A stretch of DNA of 64,000 nucleotides. It comes from Ascidiella aspersa (taxonomy: Eukaryota). A model generated the notes under the pieces. It saw only the letters and a list, made by a program, of their open reading frames with translations. It did no database searches and was not told the DNA's origin. Positions within the stretch are counted from its first letter, which is position 1. The number at the start of each line of letters is the position of its first letter. Location: contig OZ004614.1 in NCBI GenBank assembly GCA_963924565.1, forward strand, positions 5,518,001 through 5,582,000, in the 5' to 3' direction. Shown piece by piece: positions 1-12,700 of the stretch. The translations under genes and the position numbers were made by a program.

Positions 1-702
1 CTCTTGGATCGCTTTAAAACATTTAATTTGTTTACAAAACAGCCATGTAACTCTTTTGTTTGGAACTGGTGTTAACAACGATTTCTTGAATTGCTTACTG
101 TTATGTGCGCGCATCGTTATATACCGTTGTAAGTATGCAAGACATTACTGACGCTTTCTATGTATGTTTTAATGGTCAAGTCGATAAAACACTCTGAGTA
201 CGTTATTTAAATTATGAAAACCTCACAACTAATAAAGTTAAGTGGGCTGTCCTTTAGCCCAACCTGTCGCTTATTAACAGGTGTTTTTTTTATTCTCCTC
301 CGTCTTTCTAATTTGTTGTTAAAGTGTAATAAATATAAAAAAGTGTTCTGCTTTAGAGTTTAGACCACTGTTTCTTAATCAGGTGAATGGTTCACCACAG
401 GGTGAATAAAATTTTTGCAGAGGTGAACCAACCAAAAGGGGTGAATAAGGGTGAACCGTTAGCAATGGATGATAGCTTGTGAGCAGGGCGGATATTCTGT
501 GTTTTTTGTACTTTCGTATTTTTTCTCTGGACTCAAGAAATTGTAGATTTGCAAGGGTTGAGTTGATCTTACCAAAAATCTAACAACCTAAGTCATGTTG
601 TGCTGTTATATATAGACGAGATAGTTTTATCATATCATGAGACAAGGGTGAATAAAATCTGGAGATATCTCCTAGGGGTAAACATAGCTAAAAGCTACTC
701 AC

Positions 703-1019
703 CCTACTGCGTGTGTGTTCGGCGCGGGCTTCGCTCCAACCATGAGTTGCCTGTCAATTCGCCTTCGTCTTCTCTTGTCCCGGAAATAGCAGAAGAGGAA
801 AACGAGCAACGAAGGTAGGACGATGACTGCCCCCATCACTAGGACAACTTGTAGCTTACCCTCGAGGGTGAGCAGGTACTTCCCCCTGGCTTTCCACGGC
901 TCGGCGTCGACCAGGTCGGGCGCCGGCGCAGGACTCTCGTAAATCAAGCGGTTCACCTCTTGTACGTAGCCGCTGGGAAAGCGAGCTGCGAATTGTGACG
1001 CGTCGTTGCCCTCATCCAT
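703..1019 (-). CDS. Probable first coding exon of an unknown single-pass membrane protein
   Basis: GC-rich ORF; hydrophobic VVLVMGAVIVLPSLLVFLFCYF followed by RDKRRRRR; the ORF stop coincides with donor GG|gtgagt at 702. Confidence 0.6.
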
Positions 1020-1485
1020 CGTTCGGATGAGAGCGTGATTCTATTGTTCCCCTTTCTTCGAAAATATTTTCTTTGCCGGTTAACAAACACTTCTTGCCTC
1101 GATTGAATGAAAAACAGTGAACTTTCTGAAGTTGTTGAAATGACTTTGAGCTTGCTTTTGGCAGCAAATGTACAAAACCTTATTTTTTGGATAAACAAAG
1201 TTCAATGGGAGGAGTTTCGAGATCCTTGGCAGCAAATGTGCGAGCACTTATAGGTCGCTACGTGCAGCACAATTGGAAGGAGCGAGTGAGCAAGTATTTT
1301 TAATTAAGGCATGTACACGCATTGCAAGTACGGCATGTCTTAAAAACAAAACAAAAAAGTTGTTTATTTGAGAATTTTGGTTTCACACCTTTCAGTCGAA
1401 CTAGCTTGGTTTTATCTGACGTGTTAAAACCCTGTCAAATTTAGTATAAAAGGTATGGTCACTTTTAGAAAAACACAGCCTAGAG

Positions 1486-1792
1486 CAGGGCTACTCAACC
1501 GGCGAACCGAGGTCCGAATGCGGACCTTCTTAATGTTGAATCCGAACCTTATCTGTCTCAGTATCCACTTTTTTGATGAGTTTTCTCTTTGCAAACAATT
1601 GCTACTGTTCGTTAAAAACCCCATTCTATAACGGACATTACAGAATTCTCAGTTGAAGCGAAGGACATTTTTAAACTATACCGTATTACATTTTGTATGA
1701 CTGTCAATTATTCCATGAGAGTTATAACGAACCTAAGAAAATTTGAAACCTTTCTAACTAGACCTTTGCTAAAAAATAGTTGATTAGCCCTG
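1486..1792. mobile_element. hAT-type MITE
   Basis: TIR CAGGGCTACTCAAC...GTTGATTAGCCCTG; imperfect flanking duplication. Confidence 0.7.
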
Positions 1793-2360
1793 GGCCCTAG
1801 ATTAAAACAAAATATTTACGGTTACAAACTTTCTAAGCCACTCTTATTCACAAACTAAACTTCAATTCGTATTTTTAAAGTAACCCTTGCTGCCTTTGCA
1901 AAGCAACCAGACCGTTTAAGTAGCGTTATATTGACATACACTGCGCACGCACGCATAAGCCCCCTTGGGATTTAACTAAATGACTGTTACTTCGTTCTGC
2001 CAAATGCTATACACTGGCTTGCCACTTATGGGTATGCAACATTGTTGTTTCAGAAACTAGCCATAATACCTTGGTAGGAATTTAACAACGGTTTTCGAAC
2101 GCAAGGTCCTTCGAAATTCACTACCCTTTTCAAAGGTCATACTTATAATACGTTAACGATGAATAATGTATATAATTATATTTTGTGCGACCAATTACAG
2201 GCTTTCCGTTTGTCATAAGTAAGAGGTAATCCGACTGTAAAGAAAGCATCATGCTGTTTCCCATTAGCATGGTTTTACCTAAATACAGCCAAAAAATATC
2301 ACAGCCCCACGTTTTGAAATTGTTCCTAACCGACCTGTTTAGTATTGTTTTCGTAGAAAC

Positions 2361-4845
2361 TGCCAGAGCCTGGCGTTTTAATCACAAATCGCTACCGTCT
2401 ACCTAATTCTGACTCAATAAGAATATCAAAGCCCATACAGAAGTAGGTATCATTTTGAACGTTTCGAATAAGTCTTTATTCATTTTCAACATAGCAATGC
2501 TTTGATATTCTTATTACGCCTTACTACAACCTCCCACCATTATGCTCCATAATTCTGATTCGTTTTTGCTTATTATCCTACTCCTATAACAGTTAGAAAC
2601 AGAATCTACATGTACGAAGCAAGTTATAGGCTAAATATTAGCGCTAAACCCTCCCGTCAACTCAACGGTACCAGTCATGTTTAACAAGTGTTCGACCAAT
2701 TCTCCGAAGGATCTATCGACAGGCAACTGCTTTTTTCCCAAAGCCAAGCACGTCTCGGCGTCCTATGTGGGCGTAAATCAACAATCAACGCCGCGTCTAG
2801 CAGCAGTCAAGGTGGCACCACTTTGGTTTTCCGAATTGGACCCTATTTAGGCCAATTTAAAGTTTAAAGGTTAACGGTTGGGGGGTTTCCAATTTAGGCT
2901 ATATTATAGGTATCTATGATGAAACGAAATGGGCCCCTGGACGTATAATTGAATTTTAATGTTGACAAGCTGTTCTACAACCATACTTCATCAGGTCGAC
3001 AATAGGGTGTATCTTTATAGAATCGAAAACCATCGGCGGCAGGTTTTAGCCAGTCGATCACTGCTCCGCTGACGCGTATATTAACAAGTAAAATCCATAG
3101 TTAAAAACATGTTTTTAACTATGAGTTTTACTCATCAGGTCGAAGTAGGAATTCCTATACAATTTGTCGTTCAGCAGTGTCACCTGATTTCTATAGACTT
3201 GGAATTACACAAACACGTTTATCAACAAACATATTTCTAACGCTTGAGACCAGTGTTGTAAACAAGTCATTTTGAAATGACTTAAGTCCAAGTCAAGTCA
3301 TTTGAAAAATAACTTAAGTCCAAGTCAAGTCTTTTGCAAAAATAACAAGTCAAGTCCCAGTCCAAGTCATCTGTTGCCCAAGTCAAGTCCCAGTCAAGTC
3401 ATTATGAGAGCAAGTCAATTTCAAGTCATGTCATTGACATAAAAGTAAATTATTAAACTATTAAAATTGGTAAACTCGTCCGATTATAAGCAACAATTTA
3501 ACTAAAAAAACACATACGCAATACACAGCAATTAAAGAGTTTAATATGCAAAATTTGAGATAAGTTTTAATGAAAAACACCTAATTTACATACAAGTTAT
3601 TTGCCAAAATGACTTAAGTCCAAGTCAAGTCATTTGACCAAAAGACTTAAGTCAAGTCAAGTCATTTTGGTCAAAGGACTTAAGTTAAGTCAAGTCATTT
3701 GAAAACAGTGACTTAAGTGCACTTAAGTCAAGTCAATGACTTAAGTCATTACAACACTGCTTGAGACTATCCAGTTATAAAAGCAGTGCATATGCGTGTT
3801 TCTGGTGTTGCCTAGTAAGCCAATCGAAGTGGAAAACACCGACTATTTAGTAATCGAATTTCACATTGAAGACCTGATGTCTGTGGTCGGGCAATCGATA
3901 GGAAGTTCGACAGTGGTTTGAAAAGAAATTGGATTTTTTAAACAATAAAATCTTGTCAAACCAAGTTTGCAAAACAGACCAATCAATATATTTCGCGATT
4001 CCGTTTAGCGTTGAAAGTGATATCAAATAAAAAGCAACTGAAACATATTACATATGCCCAATGTGTATTCTGTGATCAAGCCCTTCTGGAGTCGTACTGG
4101 CCAACTATAGCGACACCCATATGGTAAGCCTCTCCAAAGGCATCCTGTCAACTATAAAGAGCTTAAACTACTACCCTGTGCTACACCACAAGATGTCAAA
4201 ACGGGCATTTAGGCCAGTTATTTTCAACCTTTTATGGCTTACGGCACCCCTTAAAAAAATAAATGGAATATTGGGCACCCCAACTGGAATTTTCGGTGAG
4301 TATTTTCCTGAAATGTCACTATCAATGGAACTGGAACAACACAATCGACTTAAAATAGTAGGAAAATGTCATTTGAAATAATGATCTCAAATCGTATACG
4401 CAAATAGTTGTATCAAGAAGGTTACCAAGTTAGCAAAAATCCAGATTCTTAAAAATTCTTAAATACCAATCGGCACTCTTTTGCCAGAGCCTGGGGGTTA
4501 AAGCACAAATCGCTACCGTCTACCTCATTCAAACTCGTTTTTGCTTATTACCCTACTCTCATAACTGTTAGAAACAGAATCTACATGTACCAAGCAAGTT
4601 ATAGGCTAAATATTAGCGCTAAAGCCTCCTGTGAACTCAACGGTTCCAGTCATGTTTAACAAGTGTTCGACCAATTCTACGAAGGATCTATCGACAGGCA
4701 ACTGCTTTTTTCCAAAAGCCAAGCGCGTCTCGGCGTCCTATGTGGGCGTAAATCAACAATCAACGCCGCGTCTAGCAGCAGTTGAGGTGGCACGGCCTTG
4801 CGTTTTTCAGAATTGGGACCATTAAACTTTACAGGTTAACGGTTG
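2361..4845. repeat. Direct duplication of ~360 bp (2361-2880 vs 4482-4845)
   Basis: Near-identical blocks; the first copy carries an extra family-A insertion. Confidence 0.88.
3251..3759. mobile_element. hAT-type MITE with internal (CAAGT)n/GACTTAAGTC arrays
   Basis: TIR CAGTGTTGTAA...TTACAACACTG; perfect 8-bp TSD CTTGAGAC. Confidence 0.9.
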
Positions 4846-6060
4846 CTTTGAGGATGACACGCTAAATAGCAAAGCCTTTCTTAGATAACATTGACAAAAC
4901 AAATTGGTTTGGGCCCGTTTCGAAAAAAGTAAACCAGATTAAAGAAAACATGCAAACTTTTTTTTTAATAAACAAAGATTAATGTAAGAAGTTCCGAAAT
5001 AAAAAATGAATAAATTGCCTATTCGGATATAAGAAAATAAATTCTTAAAATCAATTAAAATCATTACAACTTACGCCTTTAGAATGCATATGGTTTATGG
5101 CAAAATCGTATTACTACTCGCTACGTATATGGTACCTATGTTAAGTATACATGCGTAATTATGCGTGTATTGAAGACTCTGTGTATTTGTGATGAAGGCA
5201 TCGTGGCGCATTTCCCTTAGGTGAGCCAGTTAGTTAAAAAAGCTTTGATTCAGCAACTGATCACAAACTGAGGCTCTTAGCCCAGAGCTCCGCAACCTTT
5301 ATTGCTTTACGGCACACTAATAGAGCTAATAACTAAACGGCGGCACACCTATACGAAATTTATGACCTTCGATAATATGCAACATAAGCAAATATCCTAG
5401 GAAGCCCAAAGAAAAAGGATCGACTTATGGGTAAACGCACCGAAGGTGACCAAATGCGTATTACACTATTTTATCTTCTGATTTTGCGTTTTTTCGTTCT
5501 TCCAAAAATGTCTTCAGCCAGCCGAACTCCAGAAAATTCCACCTTACAATAGCGGTTTAGAGAACATTGAGGGCTTTAGCATACTCGAAAAGTGTAACCT
5601 GACAATGCATTGTACTTTTTTGCCCAATTTATTTTTTGTAACAGCCGCTTATACTCCAGTTGAGTTGGTTACTGTTTTTATATTTCACTTCCGGCGCTTG
5701 AACGAAACATAGGTTTTACAAAAGAGTGTTAAATATCAGGCAAAGTTCAGAAAGCTACATTTGGATTATTCCATGTGACATGAGCTGAACATTTGTTTTG
5801 CCCAAAGTAATTAGTGCTGTTACATTTGGATTATTCCAAAGTCATGCCCTGACCGTTAAAAACGTAGGTAACACACCTCCGGGAACGTCGCGACACACCT
5901 GGCATGATCTCGCGGCACACCAAGCAGTGTGTTTAACAACACTAATTACTTTGCGCGAAACAACTAATCAGCTTATGTCAAATTTGCTATGTATAACAAT
6001 TGGGCAAATAGAATAGTAATTAAAAGGAGCATATAGTCGTTGCAGTGATATGGTTGTTTT

Positions 6061-6460
6061 CAGTTGCTAACAAGTCATTTTGAATTGACTAAGTCCAGGT
6101 CAAGTCTTTTTTTAAATAATAAGCCAAGTCCAAGTCAAGTCATGATTAGACCGAGTAATCTCCAAGTTAAATCACTTATCTAATACTAAAAGATAAACAA
6201 TAAAATTTGTAACCTCGTACGAATATAAGCAGTAACTCAAATAACAAAAACAACATGCAGCAATCTAATTGTTTTACGTGCAAATACAAAATAATGGCTC
6301 GATTTTATAATAAAATGTTAAATGTAAACATTTAATTTCAACCCAAGTTATTTGACTCAATTACTTGAGTCCAAAAGTCAAGTTATTACTTGTCCAAAAG
6401 ACTTAGGTCAAAGAAAGTCATTTCAGCTAAACGAATTAGGTCATGTCAAGGAATTTCAAA
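6061..6460. mobile_element. Degenerate copy of the CAAGT-array MITE
   Basis: Colinear similarity to 3251-3759; ends eroded. Confidence 0.7.
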
Positions 6461-8846
6461 AGTCAGCCGGAAGATAGACCTTCCTATTAAGGTCAAATTA
6501 AGTTTGTAAAACGTTCTGTATTACTAAACCTAAAAGTATTCCGCAATCCTTGGCAATAAAACTTTAGAAATTTTGTTACATATTTGTATAATATTCTGTT
6601 CAGTCACTTTAGGAGTGTGACGAAACCATTTTATATGTCTCAACGTTGGCGGGCCCAGCAAACCTTGCCACACATTACGCGAACGCCAGTTAATTCAATT
6701 TCGACCGAAGCTCTTAAGTGATATTTGTCGGCAGATTTATCGACCACCTCCTTTCATCGCCCGAGCTAAGCCTTCAATGTACCAAGGAAATGTTTCACAG
6801 TTGTACTGATGATGTGACGGCTTCATATGTGCCTGCTTGTTTACATCGATTGTCGACACAATCGGCAGATCTACATCGACAAGGGCTTGTGATGTTGGCT
6901 GCGCAATTACGCGTGGACCATCAGTCTGTCAATGAGGGATTTGGCTATTCTATTCCTAAGGTGCTCGCTGATAGGCCGGATTACGATGACGAGTGTAGAG
7001 GATATTTCCCGCGTGGCCGCTTATCAAAGTCGAACTGATTTTGTTATGGGATAGATAAAGGCTGTTTTGTGTTCACCAACATAATGAGTCTTGCATAGGG
7101 TATTAAAACATAAGTAGGGCGATTTATTTTAAGTAGGGCGATTATTTTTTGACCTGTCAAAAAAAGTCAAAATTGTGTCAAAATTTACACGTTAGGTCAA
7201 AATTTTTTCAAGCCAAAATCGAATAAAAATGCACATAAATCGCTTAAAAAATAGAAAAAAAACTGAAGTCAGCTTTTTAAAATTGGTCGTTCAGTTATTT
7301 TGAAATTTATCGTTCATTTTATCAAAAAAAATTAGTTTTGATATATGTTCAAAGTCATTTTAACCCTATTATATCTTTATTAGAGCAATATACGGTATAA
7401 AAAACGCGTGATTAACAACGCCTAGGTTATTTAAAAACGCCTAGGTTATTTCAATGTTTTTCTAACAGGTTAAAATAAATTATTTTCTGGTCAAAATTTC
7501 CTGTTTTTTTGGTCAAAAAATAATCTCCCCAGTCATAAGCAATAGGACTTGTTTTTACAAACAGCAAGTCAACATTCACGAACTACCGATGAAGTGCACG
7601 TAAAGTTGAATGTAGTCCTCAAAAAAATATTACAAAAATCACGGGATTGTGTCCGGGAACTCTTGAGAGTTTTGAATGAGGCATTACTCAATTCTAAACA
7701 AGCCTTGTGGAATAACTAGCGTTAAAATTGTAGTAGCGGAACAATGACATTTTACGATATTAAATATAGTCCAAAAGTTAAAAAAAATGCATTGGAATAA
7801 TAGATTTCCTAATGTTTTATAGTTTTTCAAACCATTTTTTTAATGCAGAAACAAATGATAAACTTGGAAAAAATAGGTATAATTGCATTTTAATAAAATG
7901 TGAAAAAAAAATAGGGAGTTTGGCGGGTTAACGCTTTTTGTTGAGGTATTAGGCGTTAAATTTCTTACGAATTTGGGAAAAGTAAATACGTCCTTTATGA
8001 GCCTCATGGCAAAAATAGGTCTATGTAAATCTGTTTTTCAAAGTTAAGCATTAGAATGTCAAGGCGTTAAAGTTGAAATTGTATAACAACTTTAATTCAC
8101 AAAAGTGTTACAGGCTAAGGCATATCAAGATAAATATCTATAGTTTGTGGACAAACGTATTTGTGTAAAAGTTGTAGAGATACTTGAATAAAAAAATAGC
8201 GTAGAACGTTTTAATTTTTTTTATTAAAGTACGTTAGCCAAGCTAAAGAACAATGCATATATTATTGCACAAAAACGCCAAAAGTGTGTAGGTTTATTAA
8301 ATAACAAGATATAACATAAAGATGAAAGCAAAAACATCAACGTGAAGTGTAGATCGCATCTAAACCACGTGTTGTTAATAAAATGCCGAGAAAAAAACAC
8401 AAGTTTTTTTTGAAGAATGGCACAGTTTTGAACGACAAGAATTTAAACAGTCGTTTTTTTTAAACACGTACAATATATTGTAAAGATCAAAAACTAAACA
8501 AACTATTGTATCAACGTTTGAGCTCCACCCAACGACTAATTATTTATAACAGTTCTATCACCAGATGACGCTAAAGAAGCATAAAAAATGCAAGCACGGC
8601 TGAAAACATATTTCTACACACGTTTAGGCTTGCTGGACGTTGTTTGACCAAGCTTTAAACTAAGCGCGGTAAGCGACTGCTCAAACTGCTGGAAAACAGG
8701 AGACATTTTAGAAAACTAAAAACAAATTGAAGAATGTTTGTTGTACAAAGAAAACGCGGCTTGTAAAGAAGGTAAAGGCACTTTAGGCGACATTTTTTTA
8801 ATACATATTAATTAACAATTTAATTTATTTTTTTTCTTTCTTTTTA

Positions 8847-9475
8847 GAACAGCCGCTAAATAAAATGTCTTGCCACAGTGGTTTCGCGACACGCAACTTA
8901 ATCGTGTCGCCGAAAGGGCATCTGCGACACAACCGTCGCTTTGGAGATTTGAAGAAAGAAGAAATACTAGCATACAGCTTGAATACACATTCTAGCTAAT
9001 CTTAAAAGAGCAGGCGCTAAAAACAATGTCGCGCCACAGTGGTTTCGCGACACGCGACTCAATTATGTCGCCGAACGGGTATCTGCGACACAACCGTCGC
9101 TTAGGAGTTTTGAAGAAAGTAGAAAATACTAGCATACAGCTTGTAAACATTTTTCCAACTAAATAATCTTTTAAGAACAGGCGCTAAACAAATGTCGCGC
9201 CACAGTGGTAATGCGACACGCGACTTAATAGTGTCGCCGAAAGGACACCTGCGACACAAACGTCACTTCAAACATTTCAAGAACGCAGGAAATTTCAGCA
9301 TACCGCTTGTAAACATATTTCCAACCAACTAATCTTTTAAGAACAGGTGCTCAAAATAATGTCGCGCCACAGTGGTAACGCGACTTCCTGCGACATATAC
9401 GTCACTTTTGACATTTGAAGAAAGCAGGAAATTCCAGCTTAAAGTCTGTAAACATATTTCCAAACAACTAATAAA
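8847..9475. repeat. ~165-bp tandem repeat x4 rich in GCGACA/TGTCGC, just 3' of the TMTC2 stop
   Basis: Units begin at ~8847, 9008, 9175, 9341. Confidence 0.88.
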
Positions 9476-9553
9476 TAAATGGCGTGGCCAAAATGACAAA
9501 AACATTTTTTAAATTGTGGCCGCCCGCTTGGCAGTCGCGCGAAGGCGACACTT

Positions 9554-9718
9554 TCACCGCTCGCCGGCTCGCAGAAGATTTTCGAGCTTGCCTAGGTTCT
9601 CGAGGATCATGACATCACCGGGCTTGATCTCTAGCGCCACCAAGTAGCTGGCCCGGGCTTCGAGGTGCTTCCCCCGCAGGTGTAGGATGGCGCCGAGGTT
9701 CATGTGGGCGGAGGCGAA
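9554..9718 (-). CDS. TMTC2: TMTC2 last coding exon ([14 protein letters not shown]...LLRAGER*)
   Basis: AG at 9720-9719; TGA at 9556-9554. Confidence 0.92.
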   Translation of the reverse strand, partial: FASAHMNLGAILHLRGKHLEARASYLVALEIKPGDVMILENLGKLENLLRAGER

Positions 9719-12700
9719 CTGAAAGTGAAGGAGGAAACTTTGAGCGAAATGAGGAAACTATGTGCAGTTTTGAGCACTTCAACGAACCTTTTATTGCCAA
9801 CGCTGTTCTAGAAATTGTTGAGAACAATGCCAGAATCGTTTGCGATTGTTTTAAACCGCTTAAAAATGCATACTCAAGTAAAACAGGCTTAATCACTTTC
9901 GAAAACGAGCATTCAGGCTCTAATGTTAAAGATTCGAAAACGCACAATAGTGGTACAGAAAAAGTGCTTTTTGTACCGTTGGTTCAAGTTCCACTGCTTT
10001 CCTGTAAAGTTTTTCGGCTCCGTCGTAGAGTTTAGCTTGTCGGTGAGCACTAGCTGCGTTGAACACTGTCTCGTAATTGCTGCTTCCCCGGTTCAAGGCC
10101 ACCGCTTTCTCCATCGCCGCTGCTGCTTCCACCAGGCGACCTCTTGCGGTCAAGAAGCTGCCTGCAAAATAAAGCAAGGTGGCAATAGCGTTTTCACTAT
10201 CGCTGTGTAAGGTTTTGCGGAAATTTCGGCGCTGGTCTAGAATCCTACCACAACTTTTTAAGAGTACAGACCAGCGCTGGACTTTCTTATCTGAATTATA
10301 CCAAAAAAAGGACTAAAACTTTATTTGAAAAACGAGCCAAATTCTGAATAAGGGTTGGCCACCCTTTTCTTGTCGCTGGCCCAAGCCAAATTCAGAAAGG
10401 CCACGGCGAGCCGATGTATTTAAGTGACAATTTTGTCGGTAAAATGTGTCATTTGTAAGCATTTCATTGATATACCTGTGTTAATCAAAGGCGGGCCTTT
10501 GATTTATTTTTGCAGTGTCCATATTCAAAAGACACAATGGATTTGAGGTTCTTTACATTTTAGTAATATTTAAATTTGTGGGAATTATAATGTTAAAAGG
10601 GAATGTTGAAAGTAAATCACAATGGCGAAATCTACATACGGGAAATTTTGTAAATATTTTTAATAATTTTTGATACTTTTGACCCGGGTCAACTTAGAAC
10701 AACATGCCATGGTTAGCCAGCTGCTTGTTATACAGCATTGGAGGAAATGCACAAAAGAAACGGGCCGACGATATTTGCTCGTAATTTGTTTTTGACAAAC
10801 TGGATTTTGTTCTTTTTATAAGTAACGGGTCAACAATATTTACTTTTGTTTTCAAACTCTGCTTTTTTAATTTAGTAACGGGGCAATAATGTTTGGTTTG
10901 TATTTTTTTTTAACTGCATTTTTAGTTCATTTTATATTTAACGGGGCAAATTGTGTATATTTTTTTTCGAAAAAAATATAAAGTCAATTTTAAACTGGAT
11001 CCAATTGCAAATGCTTACTGTAGTGCTGATGGACCACGTGACTGTCTTCATCCAGTTTCAGAGCGTCCAAGTACAAGCGTTCCGATTGGTCGAACCTTCC
11101 CACGTGACTGAGAAGTCGAGCGTAGGTGAGGTGGGCTGTCACGTGATCCGGTTTGGATTCGAGAGACTTGCGGAAGAATTTCTCGGCCTCATCCGATTTG
11201 CCGACGAGAAAAAGCGATTGTCCTGATCGGATTAAAGTAAATCGTTGTTATAATGCAGTGGTTTTGCTAACACTAAAAATGAAAAAAGATATATTTTTCT
11301 CTTGAATCTCACTTTCCTAATAGACGTAGTAAGAATATCACAGCAATTACAGAAGTATAGGTATCATTTACGAAACGTTTAAAATGCTACCTATACTTCT
11401 GTATGGGCTTCGATATTTTACAACGCTTTACTACAACCTCCAACCATTGTGCCTAAAAATGTTATTACTTAGCAAAGAACGATTTTAGTACAAAGTTAAA
11501 TACAACTGTACAAGATATAGGGTTTCTGGCCGTGTAGGACACGAATAGCTTTGAATTGCTAAGCGATTTATCGCGTCGTCCCTCTAAAAAAACTTGGATA
11601 AAAATATTTTTGTGACTAAGTCTTCTTCGGAAAAAAAACAAAAAAACTTGAACGTAACCAAGAATAAGCGCTCACCAAGCATATTGTAGAGGCTGTGGGC
11701 TTTGTAGTCGGCTGGCATTAGGCGCAGTGCCCTCTGATAGGCCGAGATCGCTTCCACGTGACTGCCCTCGTCAGCCAATAGGATGCCGAGGTTGTAGAGC
11801 GCTGAGGTTTGGGCTCTGAGATGGGCTCGCGGATTACGGAGGTTCTCATCGCTTAGAGAGGCCGCTTGAAGGTAAATCTGCAAATCGAAAGGAACTGTTA
11901 CAGTTTGTTCGATTCCGGAATAATACACCTTTGTATTTCAATATAAATTTATAGGTGTTTAATCTATAGTTTAAAAAAGAGTGTAACTAAACTATCGTGA
12001 TTATTTTCCTCAAATATTTAGCTCGAAAAAGCATGTTTTTTATGCAAAACTATTAAAATACTATACTATAACAAAAAGTACTTCAATCAAGCTGTTGTCT
12101 CCGACAGACCAAATCACTTTTTTTGCATTTTTGAGGAAATAGTTTGGAAGCCAAAAAACGATATAAGGTAAAACGTCAATTTAGGGGTTTATTCCAACCT
12201 GTGAGATATACCTAATCAATGAATATAATGCCTGCAATGGGCATTTTGCTCGATATTTCGGAATAAACAACGTGTGAAGCACAGGCCGACTATTTTGTGA
12301 ACTCTACACATCAACTTAATAGATGTACCAAAAAAAGACATTATCGCCGTGCAGAAATATCGAACTGCGGTGTAAGGAGCGACGGTAGAGAGGATTATCT
12401 ACCAAGGGTAGTGATCTGTCTTACACCGACACGGAAGTAAGATAATTCCCGCTACTACACTCTTATCTCTTCCGACCTAGGCGAACCCTGCATCCTACCA
12501 CGATGGCCAAGAAAATTAAATGGCAGACAATTTTTCATCAAAGTCATTTTGACGCCTTTCCTAACTCGAGCGGCGGCGGTGCGGCCTCGAATTCAACTTT
12601 TCCCGTGAAGCAATATATGCACGACTTTTCATCCGTTTTGCTCTTTTCTTTTTTGGTGCAAACCGTGAGTTCGACTCGAGGCGCATTTATTATTGATATC

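Noticed and set aside
3088-3142. CUGAUGA followed by a long hairpin (- strand)
   Set aside because: No GAAA after the stem; only a fragment.
8847-9475. CRISPR-like array (also considered for 41317-41952 and 54719-54915)
   Set aside because: Whole units repeat with no unique spacers; eukaryotic context; no cas genes.
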